A model generated the notes under the pieces. That model had not been told where the DNA came from. It saw nothing but the letters and a program-made list of their open reading frames with translations, and made no database searches. The position numbers and the translations under genes are program-made. From assembly GCA_010909165.1 (NCBI GenBank), contig VJWM01000324.1, positions 5,559 to 69,558 on the forward strand: DNA of 64,000 bases, in the 5' to 3' direction. Shown in pieces: positions 1 to 11,886 of the stretch. This stretch comes from Anthoceros angustus. Its lineage: Eukaryota; Plantae; Anthocerotophyta. Position 1 is the first letter of the stretch. Each line of letters opens with the position of its first letter.

Positions 1-2776
1 CTCATAGTGAGAGGGAGGTCCATCGCAAGGGAAGCAACCGATGTTTTCTCGTAGCAAATCTCGTAGTCGTAACAAGAATGTGGAGTGTCACTATTGTCAC
101 AAAGGGTCACTTCAAAAGAGAGTGCGAGAAGTTCAAAAGGACCAAGGAAAAGAGAAGAAGGGGACGACAAGGCGACTTAATGTCAGTTGGAAGAGTTAAA
201 CTCGTTGAGGACGGAGATGTCCTTATCTCTTCTTACTTGAATGCCACATAATATGTGGATAGTCATTTATTATATTGTAATTGATGGTGCATTTTCTTTC
301 CATGTTAACATAGAGAGTGGTTTAGTGTGATATTGAAGGATCTATCTTGAAATGTATGCATGACAAGGATGCGTTCAGTGATGACAAGTTTAGGACAAAA
401 GGATGATATGCGGTTGGATGATCTTGGTGATCAAGGTTCTTTATCTCAGTTGTGACTTTGTACTCTTTGTGTGGTTGATCAAGATGTGTACTTTGGCAGA
501 CATCATTGTGGAATGAAGGTTTTATCGAAAATGTTTCTTTGGCATTGTCATGAGGACATATGATGAAGGTTTTATCTGGTTATATATCATCAATGAGTCT
601 CGAGGAGTGTTTTATGAAGAGGATCATCACATAAGTAGTAAACTTTTGATTGGTTGTGATGTATGTGGGATATCGATATGATTTGTCTTTATTGTATTTA
701 TCTTAGAGTGTGGCATTCCTGATGAAGGAAAAAGATGTTGAGTTGAATGATTTCCGGTTAAAATCAAAATTAATGAAAAAATGAGAGTCTCCTGAGATGT
801 AGTTTGTTGTCAAGGAGATTTTTGTTTGGGTTTTGTTCATCATCATTAAGATCTCCTAATAAGGTTGATGAGGCGTTCCAGAGGAGCTATGGTCCGGAAA
901 GAAACCATCCTACAAGCATCCGCGAGTGTTTGTGAGGCATACCGCCATGTTCCAAAAGAGTTTCGGGACAAGTTGGCACCTAAGTCCAAGAAATGTATTT
1001 TTCTTGGCTATGGTGATTCGGTGAGATGGGATACCGCTGGGATCCGCTAGAAAGGTTGTTCGTACTAACGACGTGTTCTTCAATGAGAACAAGATGCATG
1101 AAGCCTACTCCAACGTGGAGGTGCGAAGGGTGATCTTCCAAGAAGATGGACATGATCATCATGGGCGGTTGATGGTAATGTGCGTGAGCACATTCCTCCA
1201 CCGTAGATGAACCAAGAGTCGAACAAGCACCTATAGAGGTGCCTGCTCGAGGTCGATTACACGACCTCCGGGTATGATCCATCTCTGGATTAGACAGATT
1301 GAACCCTCTTCTTACAAAGAGGCCATGTCAATGAGTAACAAGAGAAGTGGGAGAAGGCCATGCAATGAAATGAATTCCGATAAGAACCAAACTTGGGAGT
1401 TGGTTCGTTGCTAAGGATAAGAAGGCACTATGCAAATGGGTGTACAAGATGAAGGTCATACCGCTTGATGGCAAACCAAAGTACAAGGCACGATTGGTTG
1501 CTAAGGGTTTCAAGCAACAACGGCATTGACTTTGATGAGATTTTCTCACCGAGTCAAAATGACAACTTTGCGATGTGTTCTTGCTTTGGTTGCGAATGAT
1601 ATGGAACTTAGCGATGGATGTCAAGACGGCATTCTTGCATGGTGACCTTCAAGAGGACGTCTACATGCAAAGAACCAAGGTTTTGTTGAGAAGGGCAAAG
1701 AGCATCCGTGTGCGTTGAGGAAGAGCCTTTATGGAAACAGCACCCGAGAGTGGTATCACAAGTTCCACTCATTTATGCTTTCTCAAGGCTACAAACGAGC
1801 GATGAGGATCATTGCCTCTATAGCAAGCTAAGGATCAAAGCTTGCTCATTTTGATCCTCTATGTGGATGATATGCTAATTGTCGAACAAGATCGATGAGA
1901 TTTTGAAGTCAAAGTTGAATGCTCACTTTGAAATGACAGACTTGGGAGAGGCGAGCCATATACTTGGCATGATTCGCCGGAATGACATAAGCATGCTTTA
2001 TTTGTCTGCATTTTAATACATTAACAGGTGCTTCAACGCTTCAACATGGAGAAGGGAAGCCATTGGGTACTCCATTGCCTCCATATGTGAAACTTTCTGC
2101 GGATTGCCCAAGCTCGAGGAGGACAAAGTCGAAATGGAGAAGGTCCCATACTCATCACCGTAGGGAGTTTGATGTATGCAATGATTGCTACACGTCCCGA
2201 CATTGCCTTTGCGTGGAGTGGTTAGTGTGTTTATGTCAAACCCGGCAAGAAGCATTGGGAGGCGATAAAAGGAGTTATGAGGTATCCGAATGGTACAAAA
2301 GCTTTGTGCATATGTTTTGGTAGTGAAGATGCATGTGGTTGGGTACACAGATGCTGATTATGCAGGGGATATGGACAAAAGGAGGTCCACATGTTATGTC
2401 TTCATGTGCACCGGAGGGGCATGGCGATCTGCTTGCATGCATTACGCTATCTACCACAGAGGCCGAGTATGTTGCAAAGAATCGAGGCTTGCAAGGAAGC
2501 CATATGGCTTGCTCGCTTAGTGGGAGACTTGGGGATCAAGGTTGAGTTGCTGTTGCATTGTGATAGCCGAGTGCTATCCAATTGGCAAAGAATGTGTTTC
2601 ATAAGACTAAACATGTGGATGTGAAGTATCACTTCATTCGAGAGGTGTTGGATGACAAGAGGGTACAACTTGTCAAGGTTCACACCAAACCCCGCAGATA
2701 TTCTTACCAAGGGACTCTCACGGAGCAATTTGCACAAGCTCGGACAGATGAGGTAGTCCATTCTTCACGAAGGTAA
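1..2776 (+). mobile_element. Degenerate Ty1/copia gag-pol (5' truncated by the window edge)
   Basis: Zn knuckle ECHYCHK.GHFKREC (~84-125). Integrase C-terminal KLAPKSKKCIFLGY (~970-1010). RT motifs YKARLVAKGF, MDVKTAFLHGDL and LYVDDML (~1857-1878). RNase H GYTDADYAGD and KTKHVDVKYHFIRE. Many frameshifts. Confidence 0.95.
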
Positions 2777-2797
2777 ATTGGCCTTTAAGTGGGAGGT

Positions 2798-3042
2798 TGT
2801 AAGGGTATTAAAGCAATGTACTTAGACTAATACACTTAGTCTAAGTTAGGTGTCGCTATATCATTAGTTTAGCAAGCTAATCACTAGGAAGCTTCTTGTG
2901 CTCCTTCCTAGGGGCTTCTTGTGGAGCTTCCTAGGGAGCCCTGTTGGAGGGTATAAATACCCTCCAAGCCTCATCTCAATGAGAGAGAGTTACACTTGCC
3001 TCCTCCTCTCCTCTCCTCTTTCCACCATCATGGGCTGCCACA
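2798..3042 (+). repeat. 3' LTR of the copia element
   Basis: PPT AAGTGGGAGG (2787-2796) followed by TG at 2798. TATAAATA at ~2952. Ends at a CA near 3030-3042 where gypsy sequence begins; the end is approximate. Confidence 0.7.
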
Positions 3043-5464
3043 CGGTCCTTCAAGAGCCACTAGAGGTAAGGAGCATGCAAGTGGAAGTTAACGGGGTGGA
3101 ACTGGTTGATTGTGGGGCCCCCGAGATTGAAATCGAGATAGCAGGGTGTTTAGTGCCATATGTCCCTTTGGATACGGGATCTGGAGTGAATTTGATGACC
3201 GAAAAAATAGCACATCGACTTGGGTTTACGAAATTCAGTCTCATTCGTGTCTTCTTACGAATGGCGGACCAGACCAAGAGAAAGCCTTTGGGGGTCTTGC
3301 GCAACATCCCCACGGTGATTGGAGGCATCACCTTCAATCTGACCTACATTGTGATGACCCGATGGACTTGGGTACAAGGTACTTCTTGGAGGCCGTCGTA
3401 TGGGAGCTTTGCATCTTTGATTTTGGGAGGCGTGGAGTTACTTTGTCGAGCAAGACAGTCCCAAAGACAACGTCAGATCGTGGAGCAAGTCGCTTACGGG
3501 GGAGACCGAGTTCCACGACGGATACACTTTGTGGAGCACGGGCAAAAGTTCGTCCGAGCAATTTGGCTTACCAAGGACCAGCCAAAGCAATGAGATGGTG
3601 TATGGGGGGGGAGATCCCATGTTTTACACCGACGACATCGGAGGAAGAAGATTTGTGGAGGATGAGGAGCACCGAGAGGGTGCCGCCTTTTGAAGGGTCA
3701 CGCCTATGATCACGACTTTCCGTGAGGAAGGATCAGCACGAGTGTGGGCGAGCCCGTAGGGAGTTTATGTAGACCCCGACGCAGGGAGGACATGGAGTTG
3801 AAGCCGCAAAAGTGTGAAAGTTTCCAAGTATCTCAGAGCAAGAGGAGTTGAAGGCCTTACTAAGGAAGTACATAGATGTATTTGCCTTTAAGGTCATCGA
3901 TATGACCGGGATTCCTCAAGAGCTAGGAATCCATCGCATTGACCTCAAGGAGGGAAGCACGCTCGAGTGAAGCAAGACTGCCTCAATCCCAAGTACTCCA
4001 TGGTTGTGAAGGACCAATTGGACCCGAGGCGGGGTGATTTATCCGCTCACCAGCGAATGGGTGGCGCCCATCGTGGTGGTTCCCAAGAAGCAACAAGGCA
4101 AGGTTCGTGGTTTGTCAAGATTTCGTGAGGCTCAACGGAAGAAGGACCACCATCCACTACCCTTCATGGATAGCGCTTTGGACACTATGGGTCATGAAAT
4201 GCCAGCTTCCTAGATGGCTATTCGTTACAATCAAATCACGCCACGCAAGGAGGATCAAGACAAGACCACTTTCACCACGATTGGGGACGCTTGCTCACGC
4301 CAAGCTTCCATTCGACTGCAATGCCCCGCAACTTTCCAACGAGTGGTAAACAGATCTTTAGAGATTTTCTTCGCAAGTTCATGGAAGTGTTTCTTGACGA
4401 TTTTGTGTCTTTGGGAGGCAACACTCACATTGGGAACATCCGGGCTTGTTTTCAACGCTGTTGAGACCAACCTAAAACTTCACCTGGAAGTGTTTTTTCG
4501 GGATGACGGAGGGATTCTCCTCGCCATCGAAGTTTCAAAGACGAGGACTCCAAGTGGACATGGAGAAAGTCAAGGTGATCGCAGATGGATGCACCCTGAC
4601 AAAGGTGCCGAGCTTTCATAGGGTTAGTCGGCTATTACAGGAGATTCACAAAGATTTTGCAAGAAGGCAGCCGCCCCAAATTTCACAAAGAAGGACGTAG
4701 CATTTGAGTGGACAATGGAAAGAGAAGAAGCTTTCAACAACTAAAGAGGAGTTTGGTGGAGGCACCCACCTTGAGACCACCAAATTGGGAACAGCCATTT
4801 CACGGTAATGGATGTGTCTCACAGATGCGCTTGGGGCTTCTCGAGCAAGGACAAGAGAAGAGGGATCATCCTATCTTCTACGCAGGGGTTGATTGACGCG
4901 AGAGAAATATTCTAATCGAGAGGGAGGCTGGGGAATCATCTACGCATGCAAGAAGTTTCGCCACTACCTCTTGGCCTCGCAAGGTAACCTTCCACGTTGA
5001 TCATTTTTTGAAGTACCTAGTGAACAAGCCGGATTTGTTGAAAATTGCTCGATGGATTCTTTGTCGCAAGAGTTTGATTTTGATGTTGAGACGCGAGCGG
5101 TAAGAGACACATCAACGCTGGATTTCATCTCGAGGTTGAGAACAATGTAAGGTCCGGAGACGACGATGGTTTCGACGAGGAGTTGGTCGAGACATTAGAG
5201 GATGAAGAGGAAGTTACAGAATGAGGTCGACAGTGAGCCCCAGAGGAAGAGCAGCCGGGTGTACAGTGGTCCGCCACAGCCGGATCCTAATCAGAAGGAA
5301 GTTCGATCGACTTCGTGGACAATGACGGAGAGACCGACGGCAGATAGCTAAGCCGAGTGCAGAATGTGAGGACGTGCCATGAGTCCTCAACCAAGATCAG
5401 CAACGACCGTGGCTCCACAAGGGCACAATGTCGCGCCAGATTTCGAAGGGATAGAGAAGGGCGA
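3043..5464 (+). mobile_element. Degenerate Ty3/gypsy pol (protease-RT-RNase H, no integrase seen)
   Basis: Protease LDTGSGVNLM. RT WVAPIVVVPK, YNQI...DQDKTTF and VFLDDF (~4388-4405). RNase H RDHPIFYA and ACKKFRHYL. PPT AGGGATAGAGAAGGGCGA ends at 5464. Confidence 0.9.
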
Positions 5465-5899
5465 TGTCATGCCGTGTGATACTAATCTCTGCACTTGGGT
5501 TTAGTGTTTGATTAGCATTAATTGATCTAATTACTTATCTTTAAGTAAGTAATTAGTATTAATTAATCTAAGATGCTTATGCTAATTAAGCATTGGTTAG
5601 TATTAATAATCTAATTAATTAAGCTAAGTGGATAAGCTCAAGTAATATGCTTTGGCATATTCCTTGCATATTATAGTGTATTCTTAGGATACAATAGCTA
5701 AGTGGATAAGCTCAAGAATGCTTTGCATATTCCTTGTATATTATAGTGTATTCTTAGGATATTTCAGACATGTATGCGTAATAGGATATCTTAGAATATG
5801 CCAATGCCAAGGGCTAGTATATATAGACCCTTCCATTGAGGACAAGCTCAGATCATAGCTTGTCCTCTAGATATGCAATGCAAAGGTGTTGTGAGGAGG
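5465..5899 (+). repeat. Partial 3' LTR of the gypsy element, containing a ~75-bp tandem duplication
   Basis: TGTCA directly after the PPT. AT-rich. GCTAAGTGGATAAGCTCAAG...TTCTTAGGATA repeated at ~5622 and ~5697. TATATA at ~5818. Interrupted at 5900. Confidence 0.65.
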
Positions 5900-6627
5900 T
5901 GTGGCGCGACTTTTGCTGACGGCCAGCCGGGCGCGCACGGTCCCGTATCGTTGTAGTAAGAGGTCCGTTCCCAAGAGAATAATAGGTTCCGTTTGGCACG
6001 TCTCGACCGATTCTCATCTCACCGTCGTGACCGTTTCGGACTCAAACCGCGCGCTTTTGCAGTTTTACTACTAACTACTCTTAACGTCCACCGAACAGGC
6101 CCGACGTGGCCAAACGTTTAAAGACTCGTTCACGTCCATATCCTACCAGTCAGCCCTATGTTCGTCTAGTTCGTCTTCCTTACCACTCTCACTACGCTCA
6201 TCGTTCGTTTGGAAAGAGTGGGTGGGTCGCGTGGTCCGGACCTCCGCCGCTGCTCCACTGTGCCTCCGTCCGGCTCTACACGCCCGGAGTTCCACTGCTC
6301 ACACGCCCGGCCCCATCTCGAGTCAGCCTCCAAGAGCAAGGGTCTGGTCGCTCGCCTCGCACACACCACCACGCTAGGGTCCCATCAACCTTGATCAATC
6401 TCTCCGGCCGGCTTGCTGTGACTTAGGACTCGCGTTAGCAAAGACGCCTGAGGTCTACAAGGAACGTGGTATCCACAAAAGAAAGATGCTTTACTAGAAT
6501 CGCCTTCTTATACGCCGCCTAAGGGCGGCATCTTTATTATCGCCTATTAAATGGGTGGCCACTCGAAGCCCTAGCACGCCTATTATTCCTCTATTCCGCC
6601 TAGAGGTAGATTAGGGAAGAGAGAGAA

Positions 6628-8297
6628 AACAGCTTCTGTTTAGAAAGGGTTTCTCCCGAAACCCCTTTTGCACACGGACGGGCGGACCCCTTTTGCACTT
6701 GAAAAATCCGCACTATAATCCTTTTGGTATTTCTCCGCACATGTCACCCGCAACCTTTTGAATAATTGTTTTGATACACGTTATTTGAGATTGTAGATTG
6801 CAAGTACGTGGCAAAACCTAAAGTCCCATTCTCGCTCGGCTTTTCTTTCAAATCGACATAACACAAACAAACTTATGCGCGCACTTACATCTAATCAGCT
6901 TCCAACATCCGCAATCATTGCCGTGTGTTGGACGATACAAAACATTTAGAGTTTTTAGGGCTTGTCAGATTGGCAAACTTGTTTGCGCACCAACCTTTCA
7001 TTCATACCAAGTCAATCCTAAGACTATACTCGCCCGAGAATTTTACAGACTTTGTTTCTTAGACATTGGGACAATAATATCTTCTGATGCTGTTCTTGAT
7101 CCACATGCAGGCGAGAATGAGAGTGGCATGGTCTCGCACTTGAGTCGGGCCCACGCCAAACGCCTCAAGATTCAAAAGATGCAAAAGGTTCTCACTACTA
7201 GTTCAAAGTTTTAACCACTAGAAAAAGATGAGGGTTAAGTAAAGATAAGAACATATCCACATTAGGGAGGTGCACAAAAAGGTTGAAAACGCCGAAAGGA
7301 ACCCTTTAAAACAAAAAAATATCAAAAAAATAAAAAATTGTCAATTTTAGGCAAGGCGCTGACTTGCTCAAAAACTGGACTTTTTGTGATTTTTAGGGTT
7401 TTAAGGGTTTTTAGACTTTTGCTCTTTTTTTTGATGAACTGTCTGAATGCACTAGGAGGCATGAACCATATGGGTTCATGCTCCTAGGCCCTTCTTGACC
7501 TTGGGTGCGTGCACTTGTGCGCACACGGGCCTCCTCCCCTGCGCAGACAAGGCACCGCCTCCTGCCTGCGCTGTGCGCGCACCCTTGCCCTGGCGCGCAC
7601 AAGGCGCGCACTGCCCTTGCCCCTCGGTGCACGCGCACCGGCCCCTTGCCTCTGTGCGTGCCAGGCGCGCACGTGCCCCCGGTACATGCACTTGTTCACC
7701 CACCGGGCCCCTAGCATGTTTGATGATAACCCGATTAGGTCACGAAAGAGACTAAAACATAAAGGATAAAAAGGGATAGGGTGTTCTTCGTTGCATTAGG
7801 GCATAGGATAAATATACGAGAGCGGTCTAGGTGAACCTCCGCCGATGTCTACTACTTGTTATTTTGTTGGGAGTTCCAAGACATCCTCGACCTCCAAAAG
7901 GACATGTTTCCCCATTAGAAGATTATTTTTCGCTCTTTTTGCATGCGGCACAAGTTTGCATAGCGTTGTTTAGACGCGCACTTATGCGCCTAGGCCCCCG
8001 GTATACAAAACATACAAAACCACACAAAATGCGTAAACTACGACATGACGAAATTATGGAACAATGAGGTCACTAGTCTTCATCACACCGACTAAATCGC
8101 CATGAACCCGAGTACAAGGCGCCAATGCGTGTAAATGACTCGACAGAAGTGGTGAGCCGAGAATGCCCAAACCGATGGATGAACACCTACAAAAACCAAC
8201 AAAAACCAAACCAACTTCAGTTTCCGGCGAAATAGGGTTGGGATTTTTTCCAAAACCCCTTTTGACAGGAGAAACCCCTTTCTAAACAGACGCTGTT
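6628..8297. mobile_element. Non-autonomous TIR DNA transposon (~1.67 kb)
   Basis: ~30-bp terminal inverted repeats: AACAGCTTCTGTTTAGAAAGGGTTTCTCC at 6628 versus the reverse complement of 8268-8297, AACAGCGTCTGTTTAGAAAGGGGTTTCTCC. Subterminal ACCCCTTTTG repeats. No transposase and no clean TSD. Confidence 0.8.
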
Positions 8298-8530
8298 AGA
8301 AGAGAAGAGAAAAGAGAGAGAAGAGAATAGAGAAAAGAGAAGAGAGAGCGAGAGAGAAAGCGAGAGAGAGCGAGAGAGAGCGAGAGAGAAAGCGAGAGAG
8401 AGCGAGAGAGGAGCTAGAGAGGATAGGGAGGAAGAGAGGAGAAGGAAGTAGCAAGAGAGAAAGGAGAAAAAGACAAAAAGGGAATAGAGGAGGAAGAAAA
8501 GCGTGAGAGCAAGCTAGAGAAGAGAAGGAG
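8298..8530. repeat. GA-rich low-complexity/microsatellite tract
   Basis: Nearly pure A/G with (GA)n and GCGAGAGAGA units. Confidence 0.9.
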
Positions 8531-9547
8531 GGTGAAATTTCAAGGGCTGTGACAAGAGCTTGAGGGGGAGGCCCCAAATTTGTCAAGAGAAGGGTCTTCA
8601 AAAGTGTAGGATTTGCGCTGGTGGGAGGATTGTCCATTGCGCGGTGGCCTGGGGGGTCCCCGTGGTTGCCGCTGCAGTTTGGGCGGTGCTTCTCGCGATG
8701 TAGGTTCGTGCCGCCAGAGTCATCGCGGCGTAGGTTAGTGTGACTTACCTAGTGTGGGTCACCAGGCGGCTAGTAGGCGATTAGTTAGTGGCGCCTTTAC
8801 GGGAGGTCGAGAGTCGAGAGGTCATGGGGCGCACCGCCATCCGGTGCGGGAAGGGCTCCCACTCCTTCGTGGAACGAAACCTCTTGCTGACCGTGGGATA
8901 AGTGTGGCCTTCTGGGGTTTCGGGGTCCCGGGAACCTCCCACCACGAAGAGCGACCGCCAGAGAGTCGGGTGACAAAGCGAGAGCCCAGCGCCAAAACAC
9001 CCATGAGTCGTCTTCTTCTCTCGGTATGGTCTTGGCGGGCGGTGTATGTGAGGAAGGTGTCTTTTCATTGCTATGAACTGATCTTGTACCGCAGCTTCAT
9101 GCCCGCCGCCTTCTTGGCCTATGTCCTCGGGTCATGACTGCCTATCTATAACGGCTTCTTGCAAGTCTGTGCATGTGGTTCAAGTCTCCTGCATGTTAGA
9201 CGGCCCCATGCCACCATCCACGTGTCATCCTTCCGTAATTATGACCTACGCCGTCGGACTTGCATGTCTTATCTACACAGGACCCCCTCCTCCGGACCTT
9301 CTCCGGTCCTCCTTCGAAGCTGCTCCGGACCTCCTCCGGACCTTGCCTCCCTTGGTACCTGCGGCCGTCCTCCAAAACTCCTCCGGACCTTGCCTACATC
9401 GGAGTTGCCACCACGCCTACGTAACTTGGCTGGATAGGCCTTATTATCCACGCGTATCCCTTACTTCTCACACAAATCCTCACGAAAAAATGAAAAACCC
9501 TTACTAATCGACCAGAAGGGAGTCAGAGCCTCTGTCCCTTGTCCACA

Positions 9548-10693
9548 TCATCTGTCCAGGATCGCGACTCTGGATAAATGAGTCGAAATTGTACTATAGC
9601 TAGATCTGGGTATGCCCAGCGCTCCTCATACACATGTTTCCACAAGATTTTTAAAAGTCTCTTTAGAGTTGCGTGATTCGGGGGCCCTCTCCATGCGGTC
9701 AGGTACACCCACTTTTGCCACCGTCAATCACAATCACGGATGTAGATAGAGTCGGACATAATCATTCCTATCACAAGCTCAAACACTCAGAAAACCCACA
9801 CTCAGAAAACCACACTCCTATTTACACAAGTCACAAAGTGTTTCAGTCCTCATCGGAGTGGAACATTGCCAGAAAGGCAATTTCCTTTGCCTGAATGTGG
9901 CTTTCCCACACATCCATCTCGGCAAGAGACATTGTCAACATGTGTTCAAGTTCAAGACATAAGTCTGAGTAGGCATCACACCGAGCGCTCGTCCATGGTT
10001 CATTTGGGTCTGCCTCCAACCTTCCTCTGAGCCTGTTACGCACAATAGGTCATAGAAAAATCAGATATTGGTATTCTTCCGCAAAATCTAGCAGAGCTCG
10101 GATTGTGTCATGGGAACGTCTCTGAAAATTGATACAGGATTTTCTTTTTTAACAACAGTGCAGATGGAGGGTGGTTTCCAATTGCTGGAAGTGGGTGCAC
10201 GATAACAGTTGAATCTCTTGTCACCCTTTTCTGCAATAGGAAGCTGCCACGGTCAGCTACAGTAAGAAAGACTGACCATGTCCCATCCTCAACCAGCAAG
10301 TTGAAAGGGCTCTGATACCAAACTGAAGCAGGTATCAAAACCGCTTACCTGTCCTCCCAGGTTCCTCCTATTTATAGGTAAATACATACTTAGTATGGAA
10401 CACCTAGTGAGCGGATGACTCTGCAGCATATTAGGCGCGCATGCCGCTCTACACAATACAACTATCTACAGCTACCCTTTTCCTTGCTATTATTTATCTA
10501 TAATCTTATCCTTGCTATTTATTAATACCCACTAATTCCATAAAGACAGCTACCCTTTTCCTTGCTATTATTTATCTATAACCTTATCCTTGCTATTTAT
10601 TAATACCCATTAATTCCAGAATCTAGTGACAGGTAAACTTAGTTCTTAGCAAAACTTGGTCTCCTCACACCAAAAAACAGACCCGTCCTAACA
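9548..10693 (-). mobile_element. Truncated LTR element: 5' LTR (10324-10693), tRNA-Met(i) PBS and unassigned internal region
   Basis: On the minus strand the LTR runs TGTTAG (10693) to CTTCA (10324), with CCTATAAATAGG at ~10367-10378. PBS TGGTATCAGAGC at 10309-10320. ~72-bp direct duplication at ~10469 and ~10546. Confidence 0.8.
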
Positions 10694-11886
10694 GAACAAC
10701 ATATTGTAATATACACCACTAAAATCTCATCATCAACTCTAAATTTTATAATATATAATATATTATTTCGTATATGAAGATTGTGATCCATTCAAAAGTT
10801 GGATCACTCTTGGGATGGGATGTTATATTTATCCCCCCCTGATGTAAAAACGCCCTGAGGGGCCGCCTGTTGTCAAAAATAAAAGAAATGAACAAGAGTG
10901 ACTTTTCCTCCGACGTTAAAATGAGAACTGCCCATTACACCCGAAGTACAAGTTCTGATGGAGACTCGGGCTCCCGACGATTGTCTCGGACCCTTACCAA
11001 TTAGAAAGGGGCAAACTGTACAGAACCTTCGGAATGAGGCCTCGCCACGTGGACCCTCACTGCAGCGTTACGGAGCCCGCCTAAATGCCAAACTCTTTAA
11101 GTCTTCAAGAAGTTATTGTTGGAAGCGAATAAATTGGTCAGCGTTCCAATTGTAGGTATGCGATAGGAAATAACCTAATAAAATACAGCAGAAATATATG
11201 GAGACCATGTCCTTCGCAGCTTTCACAGCTGGGGCTTCTCATCTGGTTGCTTCTGTGCGCACTCCGCTTCCGTACAACAGAATAGCCGCCGCAGGATAGG
11301 CCAGCACTACCAAGAGTCTCCACCTGCTCAACAATCACAAGCAGTGCCGGCATCCCTCCGAGGCACATTTCAGCTCTGCAGTAGACTCCAAGCATTGGAC
11401 TGCCAATCTGAGCAACCCAAAATTAGCCCCACCAACGGCTCTGGATGGATCATAATGGTTTATCCAGGAAGACTCCCCACTTTCTGCTAAAATAACAAAA
11501 CCAGAGTTCTACTCCTGTCAAACAACAGCAACGAGACACTAACCCAAAAGCTGTAAAGAAGCCCCACTCACCAAGGAAACTACACAAAGGAGGAGATCCT
11601 TTTCCTATTTCCACACCCCTCCCTCACCTTCACCCCAATCACTCCCTTCGGCCCTATTCCAGCAGTTTCCTCTGCATGCTCTGCCATACAAGCAGCAGAA
11701 TACGTGGAGTGAAAGTCCACAAACCTCGAGGATCTGGCCCCAAGCCCAAGGCAAGACTAAGCCATTGCACCTGCTTGCTACGGCACACACCGGTCAGCTG
11801 TTAACCATCGACATGGCATTCTAGATGCACCAGTGGTGCGAGATCCAAAGAAATATCACCAGGTTCCTGGAGACCATCTCAAAACA

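Larger units (their letters stand above)
5900..9547. mobile_element. Diverged, internally deleted copy of the TGTGG...CCACA element family (family A)
   Basis: Starts TGTGGCGCGAC and ends GTCCACA. 5900-6620 aligns by eye with 51350-52040. 8950-9547 resembles 63090-63696. Interrupted by a TIR element. Confidence 0.65.

Noticed and set aside
2898-3593. 231-aa ORF as a host protease gene
   Set aside because: It starts in the copia LTR and runs into the gypsy protease.
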